Assembly (NCBI GenBank): GCA_008632985.1
Contig: QPGO01000192.1
Location: 1-64,000 of the forward strand
Source of the DNA: Psammoneis japonica
Taxonomy: Eukaryota
Direction of reading: 5' to 3'
Length of the DNA: 64,000 bases
Of the stretch, positions 13,017 to 26,100 are shown in pieces. How positions within the stretch are numbered: the stretch's first letter is position 1; each line of letters opens with the position of its first letter. A program made the position numbers and the translations under genes. The notes under the pieces are model-generated. The model was not told the DNA's origin, searched no databases, and was given only the letters and a program-made list of their open reading frames with translations.

Positions 13017-15193
13017 AAACACAACAATGACGCAGTGTGCTTAAAAGGCAGATGCTCCTCCAAACACAGCAGCATCATTGTTGTTGTTGTCATCATTGTT
13101 TCGCAGTGCTGTTGATGCTGTTGATGATGTTGCATCATTGTTGTTCAAAGACAGCAAGTGTGTGATGTGTGGTTTGTGACAAATGGGCTGGCGGAGTCAC
13201 ATGACAGATGGATTTTTTGAGTTTTTGAATGAATGCAAAAAACAGGCAATCGTCCAACTGCGCAGGCAGCTCTTCATAAACTGTGCAGGAAATGCACTGG
13301 AACTTGTGCAGAATCCCACAACGACACAACTCCATTTCCACAACGACAAGCAGAAATTAAAGGTCCAATCTGGTGCAAGATGCACAACGACACAAAAGAG
13401 GGAATCCTCTTCATTTCCTTCATTCCACTCAAATGCTCCTGATTTGGCATGCTGCACCACAAGAAACGGCCGTGCACATTGCACTTTGATGCATCTCAGC
13501 ATTTTTCATGTGTGGTCTCTTTCTGTTGCTGTTGTGAAGGGGTTGACACACTGGCTTGGCTTCATGGGGGGCTTTGGTTTTGACACACGGTTCAAACAGT
13601 TGCATGCATTGACTCGTGCCTTGATCACTGCACTGCACGGGCACAACATCTGAATGGTCGAAAACATTGCTGAGGCAAGCTCTTTCCATGTTTTCTCATT
13701 TCACATTGTTTTCCCAGTCACTGAAGAACATTGTTGCTTTTTGTCACAGCTTGAAAAGTGGATGGATCGTCGCCTGTGGTTGATTGTGGTGTCTGGTTTT
13801 TTGGCATGTTTTTCAAGTCATTGGCACTGCCAGAGCATGTCCATTTAGGAGCTTTGTGCTTCACCCCACTCTGCATCCTTTGGTTCACCTGTTGCACACA
13901 TTAACATTGGACTTGTGACACTCTTGACATCCTTCTTGGGGTCTTGGTCAGCACACAATGACGGCATGTCATTTTTTGGGCATGTCAATTTCTCAAAAGC
14001 ACATGCCACAGAAACAAAACGACACGCAGGAGCCCAGGGGACACTTGTGACAGCGGCATTTGTCAGACAGACTTCACATGCTCCAAAAAAGATGATCATG
14101 TGAGTGTGTTGTGATTGATTGGGTTTTAGAGTTGTTTTGACGAAAGTTGCACACCTCACGAGCCTTTTTTTTAGCTTCTCGTTCATGCGTGAAGGTGTCC
14201 AGTCTGTGATGAGCCTTTCTTCCTGCTCTGCAATCAATTCTCTTCATTGTCTGAGACTCAATGTTGTCCATGTTGTGCAGGGAGATCTTGGCAGTGCACC
14301 AACGAGTCCAGGCTTTGCACTGGGTAAATGGAGAAGTGGAGGCCTGCCCTGACGGGCTCCTCGCCTCCCCTTGGATGCTCGGATGCCACGAACCACTGGC
14401 GGCACTTGGGGCCTTAAAACCAGGTGGGGTGTCTCAGAGCTGCCTCTGGAAGCTGTCACAGTTAAGCACACTGTGACATGTGGCCTTGCAGTGGATTGTC
14501 AGTGTGCGTGGCTCCAAAAACATTTTCATTTTGCCTGTCATTTTTTCAGCGTGGATGTCTTTGACTGCAAGGGCTTGCAGCAGCCTTTCCGCACCAATGC
14601 TCTCCATGACTTAAGTCTTTTGATGTTCTTTGTTGATGTGGGAAAATTAGATCCTGGAACTTTCTGCATCTAGATGGGTCTAGAGAGGAAATGGATGAAA
14701 TGAGGTGGAGCCGGCTGTCAAAAGTGATGGAGTTTTGGCTTGACGTGCGGCTGCATCTCAACGGCAGCATCAGCTGGCAGTGGGCGTGCAATTTTCCATG
14801 AGCAATGAAGCAGTGGATAATGCATTTAGACAGACCATGGCATGTTTCTGTTCTTTAGAGTGTTTGCTGCTAGCTAGTAGAGAGCTGCGACCAGCTAGCT
14901 ACGTTGGAAGCGCTCATCGTCTGGGCGTCGTGCGTGCGCGTTGAACGCATTGCACACACTCTAGGGCCCTACTCTACTAGTCTACGAATGCATCTCTCCC
15001 TCTCTCCTCCACCTTTTCCTCTTCTTTTTTTCATAAACTCGGAGCTACCTACGTGACCGGACATGTGCCGAAAAACACACGGCACAATGACACGAGCCAT
15101 GCCGTGCGACGCAAATGTGCGGTCTGCCAAATGAACTAAACTACAAAGATGCAGTGTGATTGACACAAAAGGATGAAATACAAAATACATTTT

Positions 15194-17752
15194 CTAATTG
15201 TCATTTACCGTGAATGCATACACCGATCCGGAAGCACTGCCATTGACATCAGCCTCGAACGTGCCAACTCCAACGACGCTTCCGTCGGCCGACAAGGACA
15301 CGGAATGTCCAAATCGATCATATTTAACCTCGCCATTTAAAGGATCTCCAACTTGTTTCCACTCGTCTGCATTGTCGTCGTACTGAAAGAATCGAACTTG
15401 ACCAGCAAAAGCCAATCCATCGACGTCATGCGAATCACTTCCGACCGCCAAGACGTTTCCATTTCCACTCAATGACACTGAGCCACCAAAATCATCACCA
15501 GACTGTTGTGTCAAGAGAGTTTGGCCACGTTGCTTCCATGTCAAAGTCGAGTGGTCGTACAAATGAACCAAAACTTTCTCGTGGCTTCCTCTAATTGCAC
15601 CCGCCGCCACGATCAAACCGCTGTCGTCAAGAGAAACCGAAACTCCAAACGAACCAGCAACAACTTGGCCATTGATTGGATCGCCCAACGGACCCCATTT
15701 TGACGAGGCAGCATTGTATTCAAACACCGACACTTGACCTGCATTGTCTCCACCCAAATCATTTTCATCTGCTCCAACGCCAACAATGGTTCCCTGTGCA
15801 TTCAAGGAAACGGAACAACCAAAACGATCATCAGCAGCTTGTCCAAAGAGTGTTTGTCCGAGTTGGTTCCAGGATGAGGAGCCGCGGTCGTATTGAAACA
15901 ATCGCACCGATCCGGAACCAGAGCCATTTTCCGTGTCATCCTCGTAAGCTCCCACGGCAAGAATGTCTCCCGCGTCCGAGAGCGACACGGAAAAACCAAA
16001 TTGATCAAAAGCGTCTTGTCCAAGAATGTCGCTGCCAAGTTGGACCCAACGATCCGATGCCGAGTTGTGTTCAAACACACGAACGTGACCGGCATTCGAT
16101 CCGCCACTGTCATTCCATGGAGCTCCAATGGCAAGATTCGTTCCATCGCCATTTATCGAAACAGACTCTCCAAAATCGTCGTAGCCGGCTTGTCCCACCA
16201 ATTCTTGGCCAAGTTGAATCCATTGTTGTGTGCTTGGATTGTATCGTTGCACAACAACATAGCCGGGATTGGAAGAAGATTGATCCGCTCCAATCGCCAT
16301 AACACTACCATCACGGGACAAGGAGACGGAATCCCCAAAATAATCACTCGCAGCTTTGCCGTGCATGACTTGACCAACGGGACTCCAAGTTCCATTTAGC
16401 GGCAAACTACCACTAGAAGGATTGGGCGTTGGAGCTTGAGTTGTGGGACGTGGAGTGGGATTGAGCGTTGAAGGTGGCGTTGGAGGCAAACTAGATGGAG
16501 TGGTGGGGGCTGTCGTGGAAGCTTGGGTAGGTCTTAAAGTGGTAGGAGCCACAGTAGATGGAGGAGTCGGGTTGACCGTGGGAGAGGGTGTTGGCTCTTT
16601 TGTGGAAGACAGAGTCGGCGTTGATGTCGGAGCTAATGTCGATGGAGGCAATGTCGGATCTTGTGTCGGTGAGTGTGTCGGAGGCGGAGACGAAGGATTT
16701 GGTGTAATCGTTCCCGTGCTAACATCAGTCAACTTGTCGAAAGCGTCCTCGCCTTGAGCCATACCCGCGTCCTGTAGGCCGCCTACATATGCCATTCTTC
16801 TGGCAGACGTTCTGAATGGTTCACTCACCATGTAATCAATAGAAACGTCCTTGTCTTCAAACGTATACGTGAATGATTGAGTGTATGTAATAAGCAGAGA
16901 GGGATCAGTGCCGTTGTTGCCACCTCTTTCGACATTTGTGTCGGTTACACCCAGTGAAGTTTTGACATTATGAATGCCGGTGGCCTGTAAAGAGCGCAAC
17001 AAGCGGCGTCGGCGACTGTTGTAAAAGTCCTCAACGTATTCCTTGGTCACGGCAGCCCATAAATCCGAGTCGTTCGCATCAAACACTGTGTCCAAACCAA
17101 TCAAACTCATGACCAATCCGGTAGCTTGTTTGATCGATTGCTCGCCGCTTGCTCCGCCATCGTCCCAGGGCTTCACTCCTACAATAACACCGACAATCGC
17201 AGCAATGACGAAAACAACAACTCCTCCGATGATGGTGTAACGGTTGCAACGTCTCTTCTTTTCCTCATCATTAGGAACGGCACTTTTCGTGTTGATCGAG
17301 GCAGTTGGGTCGGTGCTGTGTTCGGCATTGTCAGAAGCCATGAGGACAGGTTCCGCAACCTGGGCTTGAGCCAAAGGAACGGACCGGCGAAGAAGAATGT
17401 TTTCTTCTTGGAGTCGAGCCGCTTCTTCATCCGTCACTTGCGCAAGCTGAGCTTGGACAAGTAAATCGCTCGGATTGCGAGTGCTACTAGGAGCTGGAAT
17501 AGAGGGATCTATACTCTCGGGCTCGTCCGACATGAGGGTGACACAGTCGGGATTTCTTCCAGCTCTCGGTACAACGCCATCACGATTGACTGCATATGCT
17601 CCAGCTGCTACAGGAGCTTCTTCCATGTCTTGATTTACCTCTTGATCTTCTTGAACCGTCTCTTGTTTCTCCTCCTCCATGCTTCTACCGTGCCCACGGC
17701 TTTCAAGGGTGTCATCCCAAATCGTGGTCGGCGGCTTGTTGGAACGGTCCAT
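15194..17752 (-). CDS. Type II membrane protein with Pro/Thr-rich stalk and FG-GAP/integrin-alpha-like beta-propeller
   Basis: 852 aa intact ORF; TM segment IIGGVVVFVIAAIVGVIVGV; PT-rich linker; seven repeats of FGxSVSLxxxGxxxAxGA. Confidence 0.9.
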   Translation of the reverse strand: MDRSNKPPTTIWDDTLESRGHGRSMEEEKQETVQEDQEVNQDMEEAPVAAGAYAVNRDGVVPRAGRNPDCVTLMSDEPESIDPSIPAPSSTRNPSDLLVQAQLAQVTDEEAARLQEENILLRRSVPLAQAQVAEPVLMASDNAEHSTDPTASINTKSAVPNDEEKKRRCNRYTIIGGVVVFVIAAIVGVIVGVKPWDDGGASGEQSIKQATGLVMSLIGLDTVFDANDSDLWAAVTKEYVEDFYNSRRRRLLRSLQATGIHNVKTSLGVTDTNVERGGNNGTDPSLLITYTQSFTYTFEDKDVSIDYMVSEPFRTSARRMAYVGGLQDAGMAQGEDAFDKLTDVSTGTITPNPSSPPPTHSPTQDPTLPPSTLAPTSTPTLSSTKEPTPSPTVNPTPPSTVAPTTLRPTQASTTAPTTPSSLPPTPPSTLNPTPRPTTQAPTPNPSSGSLPLNGTWSPVGQVMHGKAASDYFGDSVSLSRDGSVMAIGADQSSSNPGYVVVQRYNPSTQQWIQLGQELVGQAGYDDFGESVSINGDGTNLAIGAPWNDSGGSNAGHVRVFEHNSASDRWVQLGSDILGQDAFDQFGFSVSLSDAGDILAVGAYEDDTENGSGSGSVRLFQYDRGSSSWNQLGQTLFGQAADDRFGCSVSLNAQGTIVGVGADENDLGGDNAGQVSVFEYNAASSKWGPLGDPINGQVVAGSFGVSVSLDDSGLIVAAGAIRGSHEKVLVHLYDHSTLTWKQRGQTLLTQQSGDDFGGSVSLSGNGNVLAVGSDSHDVDGLAFAGQVRFFQYDDNADEWKQVGDPLNGEVKYDRFGHSVSLSADGSVVGVGTFEADVNGSASGSVYAFTVNDN

Positions 17753-17951
17753 GTTTGCTTTTGATGGGAACGAGCGAGAAATTATTGAGTCAAATATGAG
17801 AAAAGAATGCCGTCTGTGAACAAGTGTCGCGTTTCTCAGATGAAAAAAATGAGAACGCCTTCAGGTGGTCTTTACGTCAGCGGTGTCATTCAAGCTTCGC
17901 ATCGTATTATCACACTCACGTCACATCAACCGCTACGGCATGGCGGCAGAG

Positions 17952-17991
17952 TAGGCCCTACTACTAGCTAGCTAGCTAGCTAGTAGCTAGA
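17952..17991. repeat. (CTAG)n short tandem run
   Basis: TAGGCCCTACTACTAGCTAGCTAGCTAGCTAGTAGCTAG. Confidence 0.8.
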
Positions 17992-19075
17992 CCTATTCTG
18001 TAGTATGACTACTTTGACAAGCTCATTCTGCTTTGCCTCTATCTTGTAATTGCGGCAGGTCCACCCTTTTGTGCCAAAATGCGTTTCGACAAGCGGTATA
18101 TGCTCTACCAAGAAGCGCGAAAAGCCCAGACTCAACAACTGTAGGAGGACTTATTGACGTACGTTAAGGTACAGGAATGCAAACGGAAAGAATGAAGGGC
18201 ATGTTAGAGCAGAGTGTGATGACACCAAACCATTTCCCTTCAACCATTACTCACGTTGGAAAGAAGCTGCACGTACGATACGGATCAGCAATCGCGCATA
18301 GCCCAAGTAGCATTCTGGAGTGCTTGACAACCTTGGCACTCTTCTGTGCCATCCCCCTAGAGAACTTATGAAACAAGGTGTGAAAGGCTAAGCTTGAAGC
18401 AACATATATTGTTGCACAGGAACGTCTTTTTGCAAGATGCAATCAAGCTGGAACCTGGCGGAGAAAGCATGGATCTTGTCAAATCCTTCTTCGTTGGAGC
18501 TTAAAACCATCGTATTTTGCAACACCAACACCTTCACACCATTCCATAATAGGAACGTATACAAGACACTATGAAGTTCCTGTATGGCGGTAAAGGATAA
18601 AATGGGACAAACAACATTCGTAAGAGAAGCGAGTCCGATCGCTAAATTGGTCTGAAAACATCAAACATTATATAGCTGCTTACTCTTGGCGCCTCAGCCG
18701 TCATTTTCTTCCACACTGACGCACATGCATCATTCAACACCAACGTATGAGACATGCCATGCAGTTCCTGTCTGGCGGTAACGCATAAACAGGACACACG
18801 AACGTGACAACGAACGCCATTTTCTCTTGCTTTTTATGCGTACGATGATGTGTTGAAAGTTGAAAAGGAAAAGGTTCTGAGCCAAAAGGAGGTAGGATAG
18901 CTTGGAAAGGATGGAGGGGGGATGCGCCGCAGTTCGCGTGCGTCCTGTGCGACATCGAAATGTGAAACGTGCCTGCTTCCGCTGTTCCCTTCCGCTCAGT
19001 GAAACTCGTCGATGCCATTGCCGCCTCCATGCTAATCTGTTTTGACCTTTGGTTCATTGCATGAGTTTCTCAACT

Positions 19076-19380
19076 CTAGAGAGCAGTTGATGCCCACACT
19101 TGCTTCAGCTGGCTTGTCTCTGACAACAGACCAGATTCAGCAGCATCTGACTCGAACATTTTCATGACGACTCTCATTGCCCAACAATTGACAGAGGTTT
19201 CCCATCCATGACTTGTCATCGTAGACTTCAACATGCCAGCAAAACTCCAACACGTTGGAATCTGGGCTGCTTCCAATGGAAAAAAGGGCGCCAGTGCGAT
19301 CTCATTGTTGGGAAGCCGCAAGTGCGCATGCTGACCGGGTTCACATTGAAACAAGGACGGTCATCTCAGCTGCAAAAGAG
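19076..19380 (-). pseudogene. Degenerate duplicate fragment of the ferric reductase FAD-binding region
   Basis: Homologous to about 22040-22240; FQCEPGQHAHLRLP versus FQYEPGQYAHLRFP. Confidence 0.85.
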
Positions 19381-20633
19381 TTGCGTTGTGCCATGTGAAA
19401 TGTCCCTCATTCCAATGTTCCCTTCCATTCCCTGCAGCTTGCACTGCCACCCGGTTTTTAACTTGCTTGTGTGAGCTTTGACCCTGCGTCATTGTTTGAA
19501 GATGACTGCCAAGTCCTGAGGTTGATGAAAAAAACTCCAAGGACTTTTCACTGCTTCAGTTAGAGCCTCTGTGTGGGCAGAACAAAAATGAAACTGTGGA
19601 GCCAATTCCCAGCAATTGTTAGTTAAAGTGCTGGCTTTTCAAGCAGTCTTCAAATGTGCGCTTCATCATCAAGGCAAGATGATGGAGCACTTGCTTGCCA
19701 TGTGATGACACCAGCTCATTGGATGAAGCTGGGTCATCAGGAACTCAAAACTGCAAAAAACTGTGAGTTGTCACACAGAGGGAGATGAAGAAGACTTCTT
19801 TGGCATCAGTGCAAAATGCAAAGGGGGCACAGTGCTGCCAAGCATCATGTCACCAGGCAAACATGCCCCACTGACACCAAGTGCTTGGGGGCATTTAAAG
19901 CTCTGGGCAGCAACATCAGCCCTGAACCCAGAGACACTCCCAAGAGCTCAAAATGTCAAGGGCTGGCATCTCACAGAGACAAAAGGACAACAAGGGGGTG
20001 CCATGCTCAGACATTTCAAGAAGGCAGAGGCTCAGAGTCTCACGTTGGCGCACAAAGCGCCAGTGCTGGCCCAGATGCCAAAGACCAACTTGTTGCTGCA
20101 AACATCTCATGAAACCAGCAAGTGCAGAAATTTTGCTCTCATTTGCTTTCACTGGTTGTGGCATGGTGAGAATGACTCAGGTCAATCACCCCAGTGTCCC
20201 AAACCAAAGGGAGTGTTCAAAGCAATGTTGTTAGAAAGGGACGTGTGACATGCGCAGGAAGGGACAAAAATGTCTTCAGCCACAAAGACGTCAATTGAGG
20301 ACATGGGGCCCAAACGCAGCTGTCCCTGTCAAAATGCTCTCGTGAAGATCATTGTCAACTAGCATTGGCAGCTGCCGGTGGCAGCCAAGCATTTGAACAG
20401 GCTGGCAGAAGGAACACCGGATGAGGAATGAGCACGATGCGAACAATGAAGCGACCCGGCTAGAAGCATCATCACAAATGCATCTCTAGTTCTTGTGCTT
20501 GGAAGCTCCAACGCATGAAAGCCCAGACTAAGTCAATCAATGCATGCTGAGGTAACACAGTTATAAATTATAAATGCGCAAGGCAAACTAAAACAATTCT
20601 AAAGTTGCGTGCCGTCCACGATCCTCTGTAGTC

Positions 20634-22890
20634 TCAAATGGAAATAAGGTGGTCCTCGTTGTCTTCAAAGGTGTCCGTCGTGTCCAATTCGTCTCCCGAA
20701 TGTTGCTTCTCCGTGAAACTGGGCGAATCCATAAAGACACTGTACTGTGGTGTCTGCTTTTTCGTAGACGCAGCGATTGCATCATTGCTCTTTTTGTTCG
20801 ACGACGGACGCTTGGTGTAGGCACCATAACTCTCGGACACGAAATCCATTTCATGGCACTTGTTTCCCGTAATCATTGTCGAGATATCCACAATGGTCTT
20901 GGCTTTGCTAATCACAGATGATAGCTTGGGAGATCCGCAAAAGCACAAGAGGGTAGACGAGGTGGGACGACTCTCATCATAAATGCGTTCCATGGCGTGC
21001 TCTTAGAATAGTTTAGAGATGTCAGGACGCTCATAATGGAATGCACCTTGCTTGTAAAGGGGCGTCGGACAACTCCTGCTTGAGATAGTCCACAGCGGCT
21101 TTGTCCTTGTCGGTAACGTAAATAGAAACCTGACACACCTTGACGGCATTCTCCAATCCCCACACCGCGACTAGCGCATTCCATTCTTGCATGATTGTGG
21201 GCGCAATCTTTAGGACATTGGTGGATGGACGCGTAATCCAAACAAAGTGTAGCTTGTCCAGTGCCGAACATGTGTGCTGTCGTTCCAAACTGCTCCGCAA
21301 TGAACAGTATCGTGGCTTGACGGCCGAATGCCACAAACGTGCGGTCAAGTATCCAAACAACAAGATATAATACACATGCTCGGCTGCTTCAAAGTTGGCC
21401 CACTTGTCGTACTCAAACCAATACCAATTGGCCACGGCACCAGCAATGACAATCAAAACATCAACATAAGCCAGCAAAGAGCCGCGGTCCCAATACCCAA
21501 TCGACACAACGACAAAGGCACCTTGAAACACAATAGAGCCAACAATCAACACTTCTCGCATGCCGTCGTAGAGTTCAAAAGGCATGGTATTCCACGATAA
21601 GGTCAATCCCAACATGATAACTCCCAGGACAACCAATTGCATCAAGATATTGACGCCATAAATGGGTAAAGACGCACGCTTGGCCGCCTCTCGCAAATCC
21701 TTGGCTTCCGCATCACTCGAATCAAAGATTCCCGAAATGATGCCCATTTCATGTCGCGTTGGTTGAGGTGAACACCGTAAAAAGTAGTTGAGCCACGATC
21801 CGCGTGTTTGTTCCCGCGCTCGTTCCATACGCTTGAGTTGAGAATGCATTTGGGCTTGTTCTTCAAAGTATGTTTGTGGGTCCAATCGAAGTAGCTGACA
21901 AATGTGCTTTTTGTATAGACCCAAAATGGGAACCACGCCGGAACCACTGCCAATAGCCATGGCATGAGAGTATCGATGAGTATCACCCAAGCGTGTTCCG
22001 TACGGTCCCATGACTTGCACACGAACATTCTCGTGGCTAACGTCATTACCCAACAATTGACAGAGTTTTCCAGTCCACGATTTGTCGTCATAGACTTCAA
22101 CATAAAACTCCAACACGTTGGAATCCGGACTGCTTCCAATCGAAAAGGGATGCCAATACGAATCAATGTCGGGAAACCGAAGATGCGCATACTGACCGGG
22201 TTCGTATTGAAACAAGGAGGGTCGTCTGAGCTGTAGCAAAATCATGCTGGACTTTGTATTCTTGACAATCTTCGCTTGTAAGACACGCGTCTTGTAGCGA
22301 TGATTGAGACGCATGGCAAGGCGGTCCGAAACGTAGTACAAGAGTGTCGCCGAAAACCACTTGAACGTTTGACTCCGATTCTGTCCGTCCTTTCGAACGT
22401 TGATATCGATCGTATGCAACAAGACCACAAGGTACATGGCAAATACCAAATGATGAATGCCATAAAAGACTTTGTATGGCATGTAATTCCGAAAGAATGA
22501 CGTGGACAGAATAATCAAGACAAAGGCCACAGTAATGTACCCCGTAATCATGATTTCCAAAGTAAACTTGTCACAAAAGGCTTGTTCGCCATCGGAACAA
22601 AGCAACCCAAAATAGGCAAAAAAGAAAATCGTGGCAATCACCACGATGCTCCCAAAGACATGAAACTTGACCACAAAGAAATGGGCTGCGTGCTGCGTCG
22701 TAATGTGCACTTCTACGTGTGATGGAGTAGAGGTGCAGCGGCATGTTTGAGATGAGCTTAGCAAATAATACACACAACTCAAACACAATAATTTGATGCG
22801 TTCCGCCAACAATTCATATTCGAGTTGCAGAACTTTATGTGCTTGAATCGCACTGGAAGTCCCAAAAAAAAAACGACGTGGAGAGAACAA
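20634..22890 (-). pseudogene. Ferric reductase / NADPH oxidase (FRE/NOX-like), disrupted
   Basis: Motifs FYGIHHL..LH, PGQY, WHPFSI, GPYG, GSGSGVVP and FVW. The C-terminal ERPD..FCGSP..FVSESY lies in another frame after a shift near 21060, with an in-frame TAA at 21003-21005. The 5' end is unclear. Confidence 0.75.
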
Positions 22891-23178
22891 TCAAGACAAT
22901 TGGGAGGATCTGCGTTGTTGTGACGCAAGACGCAATAAGCAGCTCTGTGCAAAACAGTAGCGACGACAGCGAGCATTCACGACGCTGTTGTTGCGAGAAT
23001 TCTTGCTGTTGTTGCACATGTATGTCACGGAGCCTTGATAGAAGTAGCAATGCAATGACAGCAGCATGGTGTCAGCAAGAGGTAAGTAAGAGGCATGCTA
23101 TTGTCCTTTGGAAGAGGAGCAGTGGCAGCAGCAACGCGTATGTCTGGTGGCACAACCGAATACAAGCGACCACAAACC

Positions 23179-26100
23179 GGCATTTTTGCACCTAGTGTGG
23201 GGAAAGCGTTTTGATTAACTCGACTCGAGCGAAGCGAGAGGAGTCATCACGCAAAAGTAACCCGGATGTTAAAGTGTTGACTCACACGCAGTTTACAGTG
23301 CGTAGACAACATCACCATGGGCGGAACCGGTAGCGGCGGCAATAGAAAGGGGTCTGGCAGGCCAGTCTCCCACATTAAAGGACAAGGAACTATTTTTGGA
23401 GCCAAGTATGATTGAAGTGAAGAATTGGCTCGAAAGCAGAATGCTCAGCCGGCGTTGACGGCTGCAGAAGCTCGGCGCAAGCGACAAGCCGAGCAGCAGA
23501 AAGCAGCAGCAGCGGAGCTGCAAGCAGCCAGAGCAAGGGAAAGACAAGAGGCTCTGGAGCAAGAACGTCTTAACAAACAGAAGAGTGATGAGGAAAAGCA
23601 AATTCAGGTGCTGGAGAGGCTCACTGCAGTGGCAGACATCGCCCCAGAACTGGGTTGGCGCGAGGACAGGAGGAAGGCGACGACGATGACGAGGCGCATT
23701 TTAGCGACGACGATGAAGACTACAATGAAGACACTGAAGATGACATCAGTGAAGCAACAAAAAAGAAGCGTGAGTCGTCTCAGTGCAAACCCCAGCCTGG
23801 CTCACTGCTGTCAAATCACTTGGAAGGAGTCAAGAATGCAGTCATGAGCTCCAGCAATGCAAGTGCATGAAAGAACAGCAAGCAGTGGTGTCCGCCTGAT
23901 TTTTCAGCTGTGTCACTTCCGACTCTTGATGATCCTTTTGATTGGGCAAAGGAGGCTGCATGGGTTTTTCATTTTGATCCATTTGGCCACAATGGGGGGT
24001 CCACGAGATTGGCTCTGAATGAGCACAAATGCATCCACTGCGGCAAGTGTGGCACTCTTGAGTCCAATGGGTGGCATCATCGGCCAATGCACCTGCATTT
24101 GATTGCTGCTTGGGTTCTTCATTGGAGAATTCATTGTAGAGGGGAGGACAGGAACAAGCAGGGGTGCGGCAGAACGTTTGCGGAGTTCCATCTGAAGCTC
24201 ATGTCGCAGTTGCCAAACGTTGTTTCGGAGCGATTTCCATTTCTTGTCACTGCCAGTGGAATCGGAGTGCATGAGTCAATGATGTGCCAGTTTCTTCACT
24301 TGTGTGTGAAGGGTGTGCTGTTTGGCACATGTTGCTCTGGCGTCAATGAGCCAAAACACACGCAGCATTGGAAGGACAACCTTGACCAACCTTTCGCATC
24401 TTGACATGCTTTCTGACAAGGTGGACGGTCGTGCGGCTTTTTCGTCCACTGCCACAGCAGCTGACACATTTGTCCCACAGTCATTCTTTCCCTTTTGCTC
24501 TGTGGGTGAACACAACTGTGTGCTGCTGAAACCACGACTCCTGAAGACGCTTTGTCCACAGGTGCACTTCTCGTCTCTGGCATCAATCGCAACTGTTGCA
24601 CTGTCATCATCATCAACTCTTTCATTTGAACTCTTTCATTTGTGCACTGCCAGGCAATGGCCACTCTAGAACCATGTTTTCAAGCTGGCCATCAATTGCA
24701 TCCAGACGAGTTGGAGACTGGCGATCATTCATTCAAGTTCGCGAAAATGACATCGGCATCGAAACGATCCGGAAAAGCATTCCTTGCAACGTGTGACTCG
24801 GTGTCGCTTGGAGGCATGGTCACCTTCAATCGTTTGACCCATGCCAAATCTGACGATGAATTGAGGCCGTTTTTTCATCAGTGCAAAAGTGTGAGAATCA
24901 ACAGCGGCGCCACTGAACTGAAAAGGGTGGAAGGTGATGGTGGTGGTGACCGTGGGTTGTGGCCAGAGGTTTTCAAAGAGCTCCTGCAGAAAGTGAAGCC
25001 GTGGAAAAGGAATTCTTACAATGCACTCCCTCGAGCTTGTCTTGCAAAAGACAAATGTGTTGTGTTCTCGACTTGCACCGAGGCTCAGAACTGGGCCCTC
25101 AGTCTTGCAGCCAAAGTCGCTTCTCTGGATGGTGAGATTGTGTGTGGCATTGATTCGGAGTGCAATCTTGATGAAACGCGATCGACAACGCGGGTGCTTC
25201 AGACATGCTTTCCACCCCAGCTCTGCAACAAAGTCACAATTCTTGACTTGACGGAAATGGGTCTTTTTGATGCATCTGATGTGCCGCCAGCTTTGAAGCG
25301 CCTTTTGGAAAACAAAAAGCTTGTTCCCACTGCTGTGAATGTCTCATTTGATGTTGGTGGATGCCACGCTCTTGGAATCAATGTGCCGCGAGCAATTGAA
25401 ATGATGGAGTTAGCAAAACAACTGGAGCCCAATCATCTGGAGGGATGCGGCATGCAGAAGCCCTGCGCTCGACTTCTTGAGGTGTGCGTTGACAAGTTCG
25501 GCCAGAATGCAGACTGGAGAATCATGAAAATCTGCGAGGACTCAAAGGAGCATGCAGCATTGGATCCCCATCCACATTTGCGGCTTTGCATTGTTTTGAA
25601 GGCCCAAATTGCAAATGCAAGGCGTGCGGGAAAGATTCCAGTGTCTGAGTTGTCGGATGGCAAGAATGTGCACCTGATGCACCGCAATCAAGTTTGTGCC
25701 ACGGGTGAGCTTGTCTTTGTCGGTGGCACAGGGGGTGAGATTCGCAAGCGGGCCAAATGACCATCAGGAGAAAGAGCAGTGTCATGAAAGTCAAACGTGT
25801 GCTCATGCGAAGTGTCCGTCCAGCATTTAGCTGCAATGTTGCTGCAGAGGAGCGCGCAGCCGGTGTCACAGGTTGGAACCATTCAAAAGTTCTTTTGCAC
25901 GAGGAATTTGAGAAACGCCAAACCTTTGACGGCATGGCAGTTGCATGACCGACCAATCGCATCCGTGCACAGTTGGAGCCAGCTGCAATTGGGAGCGACA
26001 ATGTGGGTGACATGGTGGATGACAGCTTTGGACGTGATGCTGCGACGGAAGATTCAATGGAAGAATCGGCAGAGGGTGTCGACTCGGGAGCACCGACTGC

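Noticed and set aside
12290..14860. Specific TE family assignment for this and the other degenerate blocks (1-1260, 4600-6200, 19380-20560, 59645-62140)
   Set aside because: No motif or terminus could be identified with confidence by eye.
24642..25760. Host WRN/EXD-type exonuclease gene
   Set aside because: It is embedded in a repeated transposase frame with stops and frameshifts.
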